A program made the position numbers and the translations under genes. Below are positions 1-9,632 of a DNA stretch of 64,000 nt, one piece after another. The stretch comes from a bacterium (GTDB lineage: Bacteria > UBA8248): assembly GCA_965203325.1 (NCBI GenBank), contig OZ241875.1, positions 2,272,001 to 2,336,000 on the forward strand, given 5' to 3'. Position 1 is the stretch's first letter. The number at the start of each line of letters is the position of its first letter. Under the pieces are notes generated by a model. It saw only the letters and a list, made by a program, of their open reading frames with translations. It did no database searches and was not told where the DNA came from.

Positions 1-1
1 G

Positions 2-757
2 GAGAAATTCTTCGACATCACCGCGCGCACGGGAGGCCTGAGCGTGGACGCGGTGGTGCTCGTCGCCACCGTCCGCGCGCTCAAGCTCCACGGGGGCGTT
101 CCCTTCGACAAGGACGCGCTGGCGGAGGAGAACGTGGACGCCCTCGCGGAAGGCTTCGCGAATCTAAAGGTCCACATCGAGAACATCCAGAGCTTCGGCG
201 CGCCCGTGGTGGTGGCCGTGAACCGCTTCGCTTCGGATACCGACGCCGAGATAGCGCGCGTGAAAGAGCTTTGCGCCGAGGCGGGAGCGCCGTGCCACGC
301 GCATGAGCTTCACGCCAAAGGTGGCGAGGGGGGCGTAGAACTCGCCGGGACGGCTTTCGATCTCGCCGCCGCGAACGATTCACCCTACACCCCGCTTTAT
401 CCCCTCGATATGCCGCTCAAGGAAAAAATCGAGGCCATCGCGACGCGCATCTACCGCGCGGGTGCGGTGCGCTTCGAGCCGGGAGCGGCGCGCAGCCTGC
501 GCTCCCTGACGAGGCTGGGCTACGGCGAGCTTCCGGTCTGCATCGCGAAGACGCAGGCTTCCCTCTCCGACGACCCCAAGCAGCCGGGCGCGCCCGAGGG
601 CTTCATCCTGAACGTGCGCGAGGCCTACGTGTCCGCAGGGGCGGGGTTCGTCGTCGCCATCGCCGGGAACATCATGCAGATGCCCGGCCTCGCCAAAGTC
701 CCCGCTTCGGCGGGAATGGACATCACGGCTGAGGGGAAGATTACGGGGCTGTTTTAG
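2..757 (+). CDS. fhs: Formate--tetrahydrofolate ligase, C-terminal part (5'-truncated by window edge)
   Basis: Frame open from nt 2 (EKFFDI...). Fhs-typical motifs VATVRALK.HGG, LPVCIAKTQ.SLSD, GAGFVV, MPGL. Confidence 0.93.
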   Translation, partial: EKFFDITARTGGLSVDAVVLVATVRALKLHGGVPFDKDALAEENVDALAEGFANLKVHIENIQSFGAPVVVAVNRFASDTDAEIARVKELCAEAGAPCHAHELHAKGGEGGVELAGTAFDLAAANDSPYTPLYPLDMPLKEKIEAIATRIYRAGAVRFEPGAARSLRSLTRLGYGELPVCIAKTQASLSDDPKQPGAPEGFILNVREAYVSAGAGFVVAIAGNIMQMPGLAKVPASAGMDITAEGKITGLF

Positions 758-809
758 GGGGCACTCGTGACGCCCGGCGCGTGGAGCCGCAACCGGCAAC
801 GGCCTGGAA

Positions 810-1223
810 TTACCCCTCCCCGCTCAGCTCGTCCAGTTTGCTCTCGAGCCGGTCGATGACCTCGGCGGCGTCGGATGCCGCGTTGTAGTCCTGCGCGAGG
901 TCGCCGTCGCCGCAGGGACTTTTCACGACGAAGAACACGGACTTCTCACCGATGGTGCGCCCGCCGTGGCGCGTGTTCCGGGGGATGTGGACGAGGTCGC
1001 CCGGCTCGACAACCCGCTCCTCATCGCCCACGATCACGAAGCGCTTCCCCTCCAGGACGAGGTAGAACTGCTCCTCGTTGGGGTGGTAGTGCGGCGTCGC
1101 GCCCTCGCCTTTCAGGTACGTCACAATACCCACCTTCATCAGTTCGCCGGGCACCGTCTTGGCGGTCGCGGGCGATATCGCGGCGCGGACCTCTTCCATC
1201 TCGGAAATCTTGTAGAACGGCAT
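810..1223 (-). CDS. Cupin-domain protein
   Basis: Cupin metal motif PHYHPNEEQ...HIP.N..H; SD-like AGGAG upstream. Confidence 0.85.
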   Translation of the reverse strand: MPFYKISEMEEVRAAISPATAKTVPGELMKVGIVTYLKGEGATPHYHPNEEQFYLVLEGKRFVIVGDEERVVEPGDLVHIPRNTRHGGRTIGEKSVFFVVKSPCGDGDLAQDYNAASDAAEVIDRLESKLDELSGEG

Positions 1224-1234
1224 GATTTTCTCCT

Positions 1235-1639
1235 TTAGGTGTATTCGCTGAGTTTTTCTTGCAGGCGGCGGACGATCTCCTCGGCGTCCTCCGCGTCGTG
1301 GTGATCCTGATCGAGCCGTCCGTCGCCGGCGGGACTCTTGGCGGTGAACATGCGCACCTCGTCGATGATGACGCCGCCGTGCTTCGCCCCCCGCGGGATG
1401 TGGACGAGGTCGCCCGCGACGATCAGTCCCTCCTCATCGCCCACGATCATCCACTGCCTGCCTTCGAGGATGAAGAGGAACTGCTCCTCGTTCGGGTGGT
1501 AGTGGGGTCTCGACATCTTGCCCTTGGGATAGGTGACGAAGCCCACCTTCACCAACTCCCCCGCCAGCCCCTTGAAGCGGCCCATGGGCTGTGCGGCCAC
1601 ATGCGATTCAACCATCTCGGATGCTCTGTAAAACGGCAT
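1235..1639 (-). CDS. Cupin-domain protein (paralogue of 810..1223)
   Basis: Same PHYHPNEEQF and HIPRG..H motifs; AGGAG upstream. Confidence 0.85.
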   Translation of the reverse strand: MPFYRASEMVESHVAAQPMGRFKGLAGELVKVGFVTYPKGKMSRPHYHPNEEQFLFILEGRQWMIVGDEEGLIVAGDLVHIPRGAKHGGVIIDEVRMFTAKSPAGDGRLDQDHHDAEDAEEIVRRLQEKLSEYT

Positions 1640-1896
1640 TTTAATACGTCTCCTCCTGTCTATTGCTCCCCATATTTCGTAGAGAGTACACGCCAGAACC
1701 CCTTGCCGGTTGGAGCAATCGGGCGCTCGGAAACCCTTTCATCTGCAACACCGGGTTCGCTCATTCTATAGAATCCGTCCGTTATACGCACGAGAACCAC
1801 GTGGTGCGCTTGCGGGCAATTCGGGGATTCAAGAATGTGGTAATATCTCATTCGCAAGCCGCCGTTTCACGCAAGAACTCCCGGAGGAAGTTCCGC

Positions 1897-2466
1897 ATGC
1901 CCCGCCTTAACGCCCAAGGGCTCAAATGCTCCGCCGCCATTGCATTCGTCTTGTTTCTCTCCGGCTGCGCGGTCCAGACGTTCCCCACCATGGGCGTGCT
2001 GCGGGAGGGGCTGGCTTCCATGGTGGGCGCTCCCGTCGAGAGCCTCGTCCAGCAAATAGGGTATCCGGACAGCGACGTCAGCGTCGGCGGCCGGAAAGTC
2101 TACACCTGGGACCACAGAAAAGCCTTCACCTACCTCGCGCCGGAGACCATCTGCCGGGATGAGATCGTGTTCCACCCCCGGGGCCGCCGCGAAGTGAGGA
2201 GAGTGTGTGAAACGCATCAGGTGGAGAAAACGGTGCTCCACCACTGCACGATCAAGGTGGAAGCCGACGAAGCGGAGAATATCATAGGGTTCAGCTTCGA
2301 CGGGAACGCGGACGGATGCGAACGCTTCGCCGTGGCCTTCCGAAACCTCCCCTACGAGGCGTGCATCCAGAAGCTCTCGGGGCTCAAGTTCGCGGTGAAC
2401 ATCGGGACGGAACCGCAGGAGAAGCTGACCGCCGCCATCGCCCGGTGCGAGAGGCTGCACCGCTAG
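1897..2466 (+). CDS. Hypothetical Cys-containing lipoprotein
   Basis: ATG at 1897 preceded by GGAGGA; hydrophobic stretch ending in lipobox LSGC. The track start at 1663 is probably too long. Confidence 0.7.
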   Translation: MPRLNAQGLKCSAAIAFVLFLSGCAVQTFPTMGVLREGLASMVGAPVESLVQQIGYPDSDVSVGGRKVYTWDHRKAFTYLAPETICRDEIVFHPRGRREVRRVCETHQVEKTVLHHCTIKVEADEAENIIGFSFDGNADGCERFAVAFRNLPYEACIQKLSGLKFAVNIGTEPQEKLTAAIARCERLHR

Positions 2467-2496
2467 GCATCGCTCGTTACGAAGACTCCCGAATTC

Positions 2497-3891
2497 TCAC
2501 GCCGTCTGACCCGCCGTCTCCTCCCGCGCGCCCGCGCCGCCTAAAAGACGCATCAGGGAATCGATCTCGGGTTCCGCTTCCAGCGATTCCAGACGCGAGA
2601 GAACCTCTTCGTACTCCTCTGCTTCAAGAGCGGATTTCGCGCAATCGCGGAATTTGGAGCGTATCTTCTCATTCTCCATCGGCCAGAGCGCACAGCCGCG
2701 TGAGACGTCCGTTCTCTTTTTGAGGGTGCGTCCATCGTTCAGAAAAACGCGCACCTCGCTCGGCTTGCGCATGCCGGGCCGCCAGCCCATATCGTCTGTG
2801 CTCACGTGAACTCGCCCCATCCACTCCTGGAGCAAGGGTTTTTGCACCGCTTCGTCCGTGAAGGTCTCCAGGCGCAAGTCCCTATCCAGCAACATGCGCG
2901 CAAGGCAATACTCGATGGAGAACTTGCCCTCCAGCCCCGTCTGGGGCGCGTGATAGCGAAGCACCTGCGTGGCGATCTCGACCAAGGAGACTTCGATGCG
3001 CGCGACGTCCGCCGCCGAAACGCCCGCCTCCTCCACCAGGTCGTAGAGCGCATCCACCGCCGGGTGGGTCGAGAGGCAGCACGGGTAGGGCTTCATGTTC
3101 ATGCCCGGCTCCGCCAGGGCGTAGGGTCGCCCGAGGCTCTCGATGATCGCCTCGCCATCAGGGGAGCCGCCGCCCGCGTATACGTCGAAAAATCCGCGCG
3201 GGGCTTCGAGAATCGTCGTGCTCGCCGTGAGGCCCGCCGCCGCGAGTTCCGCCGCGCGAAGGCCGGCCTCGGGCGCAAGCCCTGCGTGGAGCGGCTTCGT
3301 CATGGTGCCGAAGTTCGCGTGAACGCCCGAGGCGTGAGAGGCCGCGATGCCGAGCGCGTGGCGCGTCGTCTCGGCGTCGAACCCGCGCAGGTGGGCGGTC
3401 GCCGCCGCCGCGCCCATCGTGCCGAGCGTGCAGGTGGAATGCCAGCCCGCTCCGTAGTGTTCGGGATTCATGCCCTCGCCCAGCTTCGTCGAAATCTCGT
3501 AGCCGATGATGAAGGCCTCCAGAACTTCGCGGCCGGACGCTCCCTGCACTTCCCCTTGCGCCAGGACGGCGGGCAACAAGACCACGCTGGGGTGGCCGTT
3601 CAGCAGGTAGCTCGAATCGTCGAAATCGAGCGCGTGGCCCAATGCCCCGTTGACGAGGGCGGCCATCGGCGCTGCGGCGCGGGCGTTCATCCCGATAATG
3701 CTCGCCTCGGGCGCGCCGCCCATTTTCCGCGCGAAATCGGCCACGATGCGCCCGACGGGCTCATCCACACCCGCCAGCGTCACGCCCACGGTGTCGACCA
3801 CCGCCTTTTTCGCGCGCTCGACCACCAGTGCTGGAAAATCCGACCACTTCGTCTCGACGATGAATTCCGCCATCCGTTCGGTAACGCTCAT
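2497..3891 (-). CDS. MmgE/PrpD family protein
   Basis: N.ALGHALDFDD, GHPS, GWHST, MTKPLHAG, KPYPCC..TH, EGKFS motifs; start MSVTE after GAGGAGG. Confidence 0.9.
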   Translation of the reverse strand: MSVTERMAEFIVETKWSDFPALVVERAKKAVVDTVGVTLAGVDEPVGRIVADFARKMGGAPEASIIGMNARAAAPMAALVNGALGHALDFDDSSYLLNGHPSVVLLPAVLAQGEVQGASGREVLEAFIIGYEISTKLGEGMNPEHYGAGWHSTCTLGTMGAAAATAHLRGFDAETTRHALGIAASHASGVHANFGTMTKPLHAGLAPEAGLRAAELAAAGLTASTTILEAPRGFFDVYAGGGSPDGEAIIESLGRPYALAEPGMNMKPYPCCLSTHPAVDALYDLVEEAGVSAADVARIEVSLVEIATQVLRYHAPQTGLEGKFSIEYCLARMLLDRDLRLETFTDEAVQKPLLQEWMGRVHVSTDDMGWRPGMRKPSEVRVFLNDGRTLKKRTDVSRGCALWPMENEKIRSKFRDCAKSALEAEEYEEVLSRLESLEAEPEIDSLMRLLGGAGAREETAGQTA

Positions 3892-3955
3892 GTACGCCTC
3901 CTCGTTCAGGCGCCTCGGGGCGCCGCTCAACCCTGCGATAGTTCTCCCGGCATCC

Positions 3956-5053
3956 TTATCTCAAAGACCCGCCTTTGATCGCGTTGATCGAGGCGGGGTC
4001 GATGGAAACGTGAATCGTGGCCCCCGATTCGAGTATCGGCAACCGGTGCCCGTGGACGCGGATTTTCTGGCCGGAGGCAGACAGCCAAAGCTCCAGCACG
4101 CCGCCCATGTACACCGCCTTGTCGACGCTGCACTCGATGACGTTCGGGGTCCCCTCGGGAGGTGCCTCCGTGCTTGCGACGCAATCCTCGGGCCGGATGG
4201 AAAGCATAACTTTCTCACCTTCCGACACGCCGGCGGTTCTGCACAGCAGCGTCACCTCGCCGACCTTCACCGCCGTCTGCGCTTCGCCCACGCCTGCGGC
4301 GACGACTTCGCCTTCCAGGAAGTTCGAGATGCCGACGAAACCGGCGACGAACTGGTTGGCGGGGTTCTGGTAGACGTCGCTCGGCGAGCCCATCTGCTCG
4401 ATGCGCCCCTCGTTCATGACCACGATGATGTCGCTCATGACCATGGCCTCGACCTGGTCGTGGGTGACGAATATGGTGGTGATGCCGGATTCGGTTTGCA
4501 GTTCCTTGAGTTCCAGGCGCATCTCCTCGCGCAGCGCCGCGTCGAGGTTCGAGAGGGGTTCGTCGAGGAGCAGCACGTCGGGCTCGTACACCAGCGCGCG
4601 GGCGAAGGCGACGCGCTGCTGCTGGCCGCCCGAGAGCTGCGATGGGTAGCGCTCCCCCAGGCCCTCGAGCCGCACGAGGCCCAGGGCGCGCTCCACGGCG
4701 CCCGCGATTTCGCTTTTCGGCGTCTTGCGCATCTGCAGGCCGAAGGCGACGTTGTCACGCACCCGCAAGTGCGGCCACAGCCCGTAGGACTGAAACACCA
4801 TGCCGAGGTTTCGCTTGTGCGCCGGCACCAGCACGTTCTCGGACGCGCTCGATATGAGCCTCTCGCCGACGTGGACGTCGCCGTCATCAGGGGTCTCGAA
4901 ACCGGCGATGATGTTCAGGGTGGTCGTCTTGCCGCAGCCGCTCGGCCCCAGCAGGGTCAGCAGCTTGCCCTTGGGCACCTCGAAGGAAATCCCGCCGACG
5001 GCGACCACGTCGCCGAATCTCTTGACCAGTTTCTCGACCCGTACGTTTTGCAT
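3956..5053 (-). CDS. ABC transporter ATP-binding subunit (PotA/FbpC-like, C-terminal TOBE-like region)
   Basis: Walker A GPSGCGKT, signature LSGGQQQR, LLLDEP, VTHD; start MQNVRV overlaps the permease stop. Confidence 0.92.
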   Translation of the reverse strand: MQNVRVEKLVKRFGDVVAVGGISFEVPKGKLLTLLGPSGCGKTTTLNIIAGFETPDDGDVHVGERLISSASENVLVPAHKRNLGMVFQSYGLWPHLRVRDNVAFGLQMRKTPKSEIAGAVERALGLVRLEGLGERYPSQLSGGQQQRVAFARALVYEPDVLLLDEPLSNLDAALREEMRLELKELQTESGITTIFVTHDQVEAMVMSDIIVVMNEGRIEQMGSPSDVYQNPANQFVAGFVGISNFLEGEVVAAGVGEAQTAVKVGEVTLLCRTAGVSEGEKVMLSIRPEDCVASTEAPPEGTPNVIECSVDKAVYMGGVLELWLSASGQKIRVHGHRLPILESGATIHVSIDPASINAIKGGSLR

Positions 5054-6777
5054 CAGGTGAGGCCCTCCACGTCCGTTTGTTTCGTGAGCCAGCGCACCAG
5101 CGCAACAGAACCCAGCGACAGGATAACAATGATGAGCGAGAGAATGCACACGTGCGAGAAGAGTCCTTCGTCGTAGAGCTGGATGAGAATTGTGCTGATC
5201 ACCTCCTTGTTCGAGCTGAACAGCATGATCGAGGCGGACAGTTCGCGCATCATCGATACGAACAGGATGATCCAGCCGGCGACGATGCCCGGCATGGCCA
5301 GGGGCACGAGGATCTTCCAGAAGACGACGCCCCAGTTCGCGCCGCTCACCGCGGCGGCGCGTTCCAGCTCCTCATGGATTTGCGTGATGGAATTCGAAAC
5401 CGCCCGAACGCCGAACGGCAGGAAGCGCGTGATGTAGGCGATGAGGATGATCCACAGCGTGTGATACAGGTTGAACGGCTCGCGGATGTAGGCCCAGAGC
5501 ATGGCGATGGCGATGACCGCGCCCGGAATGGCCACCGGGATGAGGGCGAGGAAATCGAGCGTTCCCCGGCCCTTCCAGGTGCTGCGGACCACGAAGTAGG
5601 CGACCACGGCGGAGAGCGCGATGCCGATAGTAGCGCCCATGAAACTGAGAAGCAGACTGTTCTGGATGGACCGGAGGATGACCGCGCCCCCGTCTCCGGT
5701 GATGATCTCCACCAGATGGCCCAGCGTGAGGTATTCCAGGGTCGGGGGGCGTCCGCGGTTGGAGATGAACGTGCCGTAGATGAGCGTCAGCACCGGCAGG
5801 ATCGCCGACACCAGAAGGTAGAAGGCGGCGAAGCTCAGTGAGACGTATTTCCACGGGCCCAGCTCCACGAGCCTCGGCCGGAAGCTCTTGCCCGCGACCG
5901 TGGTGTACCTGGCGCTTCGCCCCAGCGCCCGGGTCTGCCCCCAGAGCGCCAGCCCGCAAACCAGCAGGATGGGGATCGACAGGGCGGCGGCGTGCGAGAA
6001 GTTCGGCGGGATGCCGAGCATCATGCGCCAGAGCTGGGTTGAGAACACGTATATGCCGCCCGAGACGCCGATGGTCGCCGGTATGGCGAAAACCTCCAGC
6101 GACTGGATGAACGTGAGCAGCGCGCCGGAGAGTATGGCCGGCGCCGCCATGGGCAGCGTGATCCAAATCGTCGTTTGCCACTGGTTCGCGCCGCTGACGT
6201 GGGCGGCGTTCTCGAGCGTCGGGTCCATGTTCTTGAACGCCGTGACCGTGAAGATGAACACGTAGGGCGCCAGCGAGAGCGCCATCACGAAGATGAGCCC
6301 GCCCATGGTGAAGATGTCGAACAGCGGCTCTTTGGTGCCGACCAGCCACTTCCAGAACAGGTTCACGAAGCCCACGCGCGGCGTGCCGAGATAGGCCCAG
6401 GCCACCGCCACCACCACGGGCGGCATGATGAAGGGCAGAATCGCTATCATGTTGATGTAGTTCTTGAGCGGCGTGTCGGTGCGCCCGACGATCCAGGCGA
6501 GGGGAACGCCGATCAGGACGGAGAGGCTCGTGACCCCGACCGACATGACGGCGGTGTTCCACAACACCTCGCCCATGTACTCTTCTTCGAAGATGGCGAA
6601 GTAGGCGTCGAGGGTGAAGTCCGTGCTTATCGGGTCGGGCCGGAAGCTGCCCAGTACCAGCCAGAACAGCGGGTACAGCACGATGAAGCCGATGACGAGA
6701 AGACATCCCCATTCGAGTACCCGTACGGTGCCTGGAAGCCTGAACATGGCAAACGAACGGGGACGCATCTCTGTCAT
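5053..6777 (-). CDS. ABC transporter permease, fused double domain (FbpB/ThiP-like)
   Basis: Many hydrophobic helices; two EAA-type loops (LENAAHVSGA, LERAAAVSGA). Confidence 0.9.
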   Translation of the reverse strand: MTEMRPRSFAMFRLPGTVRVLEWGCLLVIGFIVLYPLFWLVLGSFRPDPISTDFTLDAYFAIFEEEYMGEVLWNTAVMSVGVTSLSVLIGVPLAWIVGRTDTPLKNYINMIAILPFIMPPVVVAVAWAYLGTPRVGFVNLFWKWLVGTKEPLFDIFTMGGLIFVMALSLAPYVFIFTVTAFKNMDPTLENAAHVSGANQWQTTIWITLPMAAPAILSGALLTFIQSLEVFAIPATIGVSGGIYVFSTQLWRMMLGIPPNFSHAAALSIPILLVCGLALWGQTRALGRSARYTTVAGKSFRPRLVELGPWKYVSLSFAAFYLLVSAILPVLTLIYGTFISNRGRPPTLEYLTLGHLVEIITGDGGAVILRSIQNSLLLSFMGATIGIALSAVVAYFVVRSTWKGRGTLDFLALIPVAIPGAVIAIAMLWAYIREPFNLYHTLWIILIAYITRFLPFGVRAVSNSITQIHEELERAAAVSGANWGVVFWKILVPLAMPGIVAGWIILFVSMMRELSASIMLFSSNKEVISTILIQLYDEGLFSHVCILSLIIVILSLGSVALVRWLTKQTDVEGLT

Positions 6778-6795
6778 CGACCGGTCCGAAGCCGG

Positions 6796-7806
6796 TTATT
6801 TCTTTCTCTTCGCTTCACGAATGTGCTTGGTCATGAAGGCGCGGTATTTCTTCTGATCCTTGAACACCTTCTCCCAGTTCGCATACAGCGGCTTGAAGGG
6901 GTAAGGGATGCCCTTCACGTGCGGCACGTCCGAACGCGCGGAGTTGATCTTCACGTCCTGGGTGATGACCGTCTGGCCTTCCTTGGAGAGGATCCAGCGG
7001 TATACGCGCTCCGCGTTCTTGGGGTTCGGGCCGTCCTTGATCATCCCGAACGAAGCGGGGATGACCGGCGTACCCTCGGCCATCTTGGCGATCTTGATCT
7101 TCGCACCCTTGTTGATGCGCCGGATGGCGATGTATTCGAACACCATCGTCACGTCGCGCTCGCCGGTGGCGACGCGCTCGGTGGAGGCGCCCATGCGCGA
7201 TTGCACCAGCGCGCCGTTATAGAGCAGGCCCTTGATGTATTCTTCGCCGAAACCATCCGCGCCGTAGAAGAAATCCCACAGGCCTGCGGACTGGAACGGG
7301 TCGACGAGCACGAGACGGTTCTTCCACTTGGGCTTCGTCAGTTCCGCGAAACTCTTCGGCGCCTCGCCGGGCTTCACGTTGTCGGTGTTGTAGATGACCT
7401 GCAGCGTCGGCGCGCGCAGCCCCACCCACTGGGCCTTTTCGTCCTTGCCCCATGCCGGGAATTTCTTGGCCTCGGGGAACTGCGTCACGTTCTTCACGTA
7501 GCCTCTCTTGGCGAGGTCGTACCAGCCCGGCGTGTAGCTGAAGTGCAGCAGGTCGATCTTGCCCTTGCCCACGCTGCGCTCGGCCACGAAACGCTGATAG
7601 AGGCTGACGCCGCCCGCGGTGATGGACTGCACCTTGATGTCCGGGAATTTCTTCTCGATGCCCTTCACCAGAGTGGCCTGTGCGGCGGTGGTGAGCGAGG
7701 AGTAGAAGATGAGGTTGGCTTTTTGCGCCACGGCTGCGTGGGATGTGAACGCCACGAACCCGGCAATCAGCAAAATCACGAGAATCGACTTGATGGAACG
7801 TTTCAT
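6796..7806 (-). CDS. ABC transporter substrate-binding protein (FbpA/AfuA-like family)
   Basis: Signal peptide; YNT, PK.F.EL..PKWK, DP..S motifs; AAAGGAG upstream; first gene of the ABC operon. Confidence 0.87.
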   Translation of the reverse strand: MKRSIKSILVILLIAGFVAFTSHAAVAQKANLIFYSSLTTAAQATLVKGIEKKFPDIKVQSITAGGVSLYQRFVAERSVGKGKIDLLHFSYTPGWYDLAKRGYVKNVTQFPEAKKFPAWGKDEKAQWVGLRAPTLQVIYNTDNVKPGEAPKSFAELTKPKWKNRLVLVDPFQSAGLWDFFYGADGFGEEYIKGLLYNGALVQSRMGASTERVATGERDVTMVFEYIAIRRINKGAKIKIAKMAEGTPVIPASFGMIKDGPNPKNAERVYRWILSKEGQTVITQDVKINSARSDVPHVKGIPYPFKPLYANWEKVFKDQKKYRAFMTKHIREAKRKK

Positions 7807-8068
7807 ATTTGCTTCTCCTTTTACGGTGAAACGGATTTCCCAAGAACAAGTCTGACGAGAACTCGTTCGCTGCGAGTTTTTCCGACGCGGTTACGCTGCT
7901 CCCCAAATTTTGCGATTGGATTCATTAGAGCAGGTTCGAAGGGTCGGGTCAAACCATCTGACGGCAGGGCGAAGCAGTCTCCCGAAGGAGCCGTTGAAAA
8001 CCCGGTGAGCCGCCCCTGCCAGGATCGCTCCCCATCCAGGAGAATTCCAAATCCGCTTCCCTCTTGGA

Positions 8069-8200
8069 AGGCTTGTTGAAAAAGTCCCCGTCGGGGGACA
8101 TTGTCTTTAGAGGGAAGGCCGCTTTCGCGCGAACCCCCGACTTCCCTCTTTGAAAGCAACCCCCCTACCCCCCCTTGTCAGGGACTTTTTCAACAACCCC
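8069..8200. mobile_element. MITE-like element, family A, copy 1 (132 bp)
   Basis: Terminal inverted repeats AGGCTTGTTGAAAAAGTCCC ... GGGACTTTTTCAACAACCCC (16 bp perfect); interior similar to the reverse complement of about 63105-63223. Confidence 0.75.
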
Positions 8201-8297
8201 GTTTCGGGGCGCGAGTTGACCTGAGCGATCGCGTGCTCTAGTTTCCTCGCCATTACCCGTGGATCCGCGATCAAGGGATAAAACGAAGGAATGGAAG

Positions 8298-9248
8298 ATG
8301 AAAACGAAATTCGGCGTTAGCTTCACCATGCACCCCGAGCGCATCTTCACGCCCGAGGAAATGTATGCGTTCGCAGAATCCGCCGAAACGCTCGGTTATG
8401 ACGCCTTGTGGATTGGGGATCACATCTCCTTTTACGGCCACTACACCGAGAGCCTCACCACGCTGGCCGCCTTCGCGGCCCGCACCAGCCGCATCACGCT
8501 GGGCGTAGGCGTATATCTCCTGCCGCTGAGACGTCCCGCCATCGCCGCCAAGACCGCGGCCACGGTGGACTACCTGACGGGCGGAGGGCGCTTCATCTTC
8601 GGCGTCGGCGTAGGTGGTGAGGGAAAAACCGAGTTCGAGCTTTGCGGCGTGAACGTCAAAGAGCGCGGCGCGAGAACGAACGAGTCCATCGAAATCGTGC
8701 GAAAGCTCTGGAGCGGCGAGGCGGTGAGCCACGAGGGACGCTTCTGGCGTTTTCAGGATGCGCGCCAGACGCCCGCCCCGCTCACGCCCGGCGGGCCTCC
8801 CATCTGGGTGGGCGGCCGCAGCGACGCCGCCCGCAGAAGAGCCGCGCTCATGGGCGAGGGCTATGTCTCCTACATGTTCTCGGCGCCGCGCTTCGCCAAA
8901 GGGCTGGAAGACATGAAGCGATGGGCGGAAGAAGCGGGCAAGCCCCTCGACATCGAAGGAGGCGCGTGGACGCCGGCGCACCATGCATTCATATACGTTC
9001 ATGAGGACGCGGAGCACGCCCTGCGCGAGGGCATCCGGAATCTGTCGAGGCGCTACAACATGGATTTTGACGGCATCGCCCAAAAGTATTTATTCTATGG
9101 GCCGCGCGAGCGTTGCCTGGAGCAGATAGCGGAATTCCAGCAGGCGGGTGCGAGACACTTCATCTTCAAGCACGCGGGTCCCGCGGATGAGGAGATGGAT
9201 CAGATGGCGCTATTGGCGGAAGAGGTGATCCCGGAGGCGAGAGATTGA
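8298..9248 (+). CDS. LLM-class flavin/F420-dependent oxidoreductase
   Basis: AE.LGYD.LW.GDH, LAA.T.RI.LG, AK..ATVD.L.GGRF..GVGVG, PPIWVGG.S motifs. Confidence 0.9.
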   Translation: MKTKFGVSFTMHPERIFTPEEMYAFAESAETLGYDALWIGDHISFYGHYTESLTTLAAFAARTSRITLGVGVYLLPLRRPAIAAKTAATVDYLTGGGRFIFGVGVGGEGKTEFELCGVNVKERGARTNESIEIVRKLWSGEAVSHEGRFWRFQDARQTPAPLTPGGPPIWVGGRSDAARRRAALMGEGYVSYMFSAPRFAKGLEDMKRWAEEAGKPLDIEGGAWTPAHHAFIYVHEDAEHALREGIRNLSRRYNMDFDGIAQKYLFYGPRERCLEQIAEFQQAGARHFIFKHAGPADEEMDQMALLAEEVIPEARD

Positions 9249-9610
9249 GCGAGGCGAAAAAAACAGGCCTCAAATGGCCCGTATGCACCGTCCTGATTCT
9301 CGCGCTCCTGGGCGGGATGATCTACTGGGGCTACACGGCCTTCCAGGCCGAACAGGCCATCACGCAGGCGCGGGTGGTCCCGCTCGCGCCGAAAGCGCCC
9401 GGAGCCGCGCCGGGCGCGAACGCTCCGCCCGTCGCCTACCGTTCCTTGCCCCCGTATTTCGTGGAGGGTTTCGCCCTCGTCATGGCGGCCATCATGGGCG
9501 CCATCATCTACTTCTGGTGGTCGCTCAAGGATCTGGAGGGCGGCAAACGCTACGGCGAGGAAGAAGCCGAGGAACCGGCCCCTGATTCGGATAAAGTCTC
9601 CACGCCGTAA
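9245..9610 (+). CDS. Small hypothetical membrane protein (two hydrophobic segments)
   Basis: TTG start overlaps the upstream stop; two TM-like stretches and an acidic tail. Confidence 0.65.
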   Translation: MSEAKKTGLKWPVCTVLILALLGGMIYWGYTAFQAEQAITQARVVPLAPKAPGAAPGANAPPVAYRSLPPYFVEGFALVMAAIMGAIIYFWWSLKDLEGGKRYGEEEAEEPAPDSDKVSTP

Positions 9611-9632
9611 GAATTTTTAAGTCTTATAAACC

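Noticed and set aside
8064..8205. Target-site duplication around family A copy 1
   Set aside because: The flanks TTGGA and GTTTC do not match, so no duplication can be claimed for this copy.
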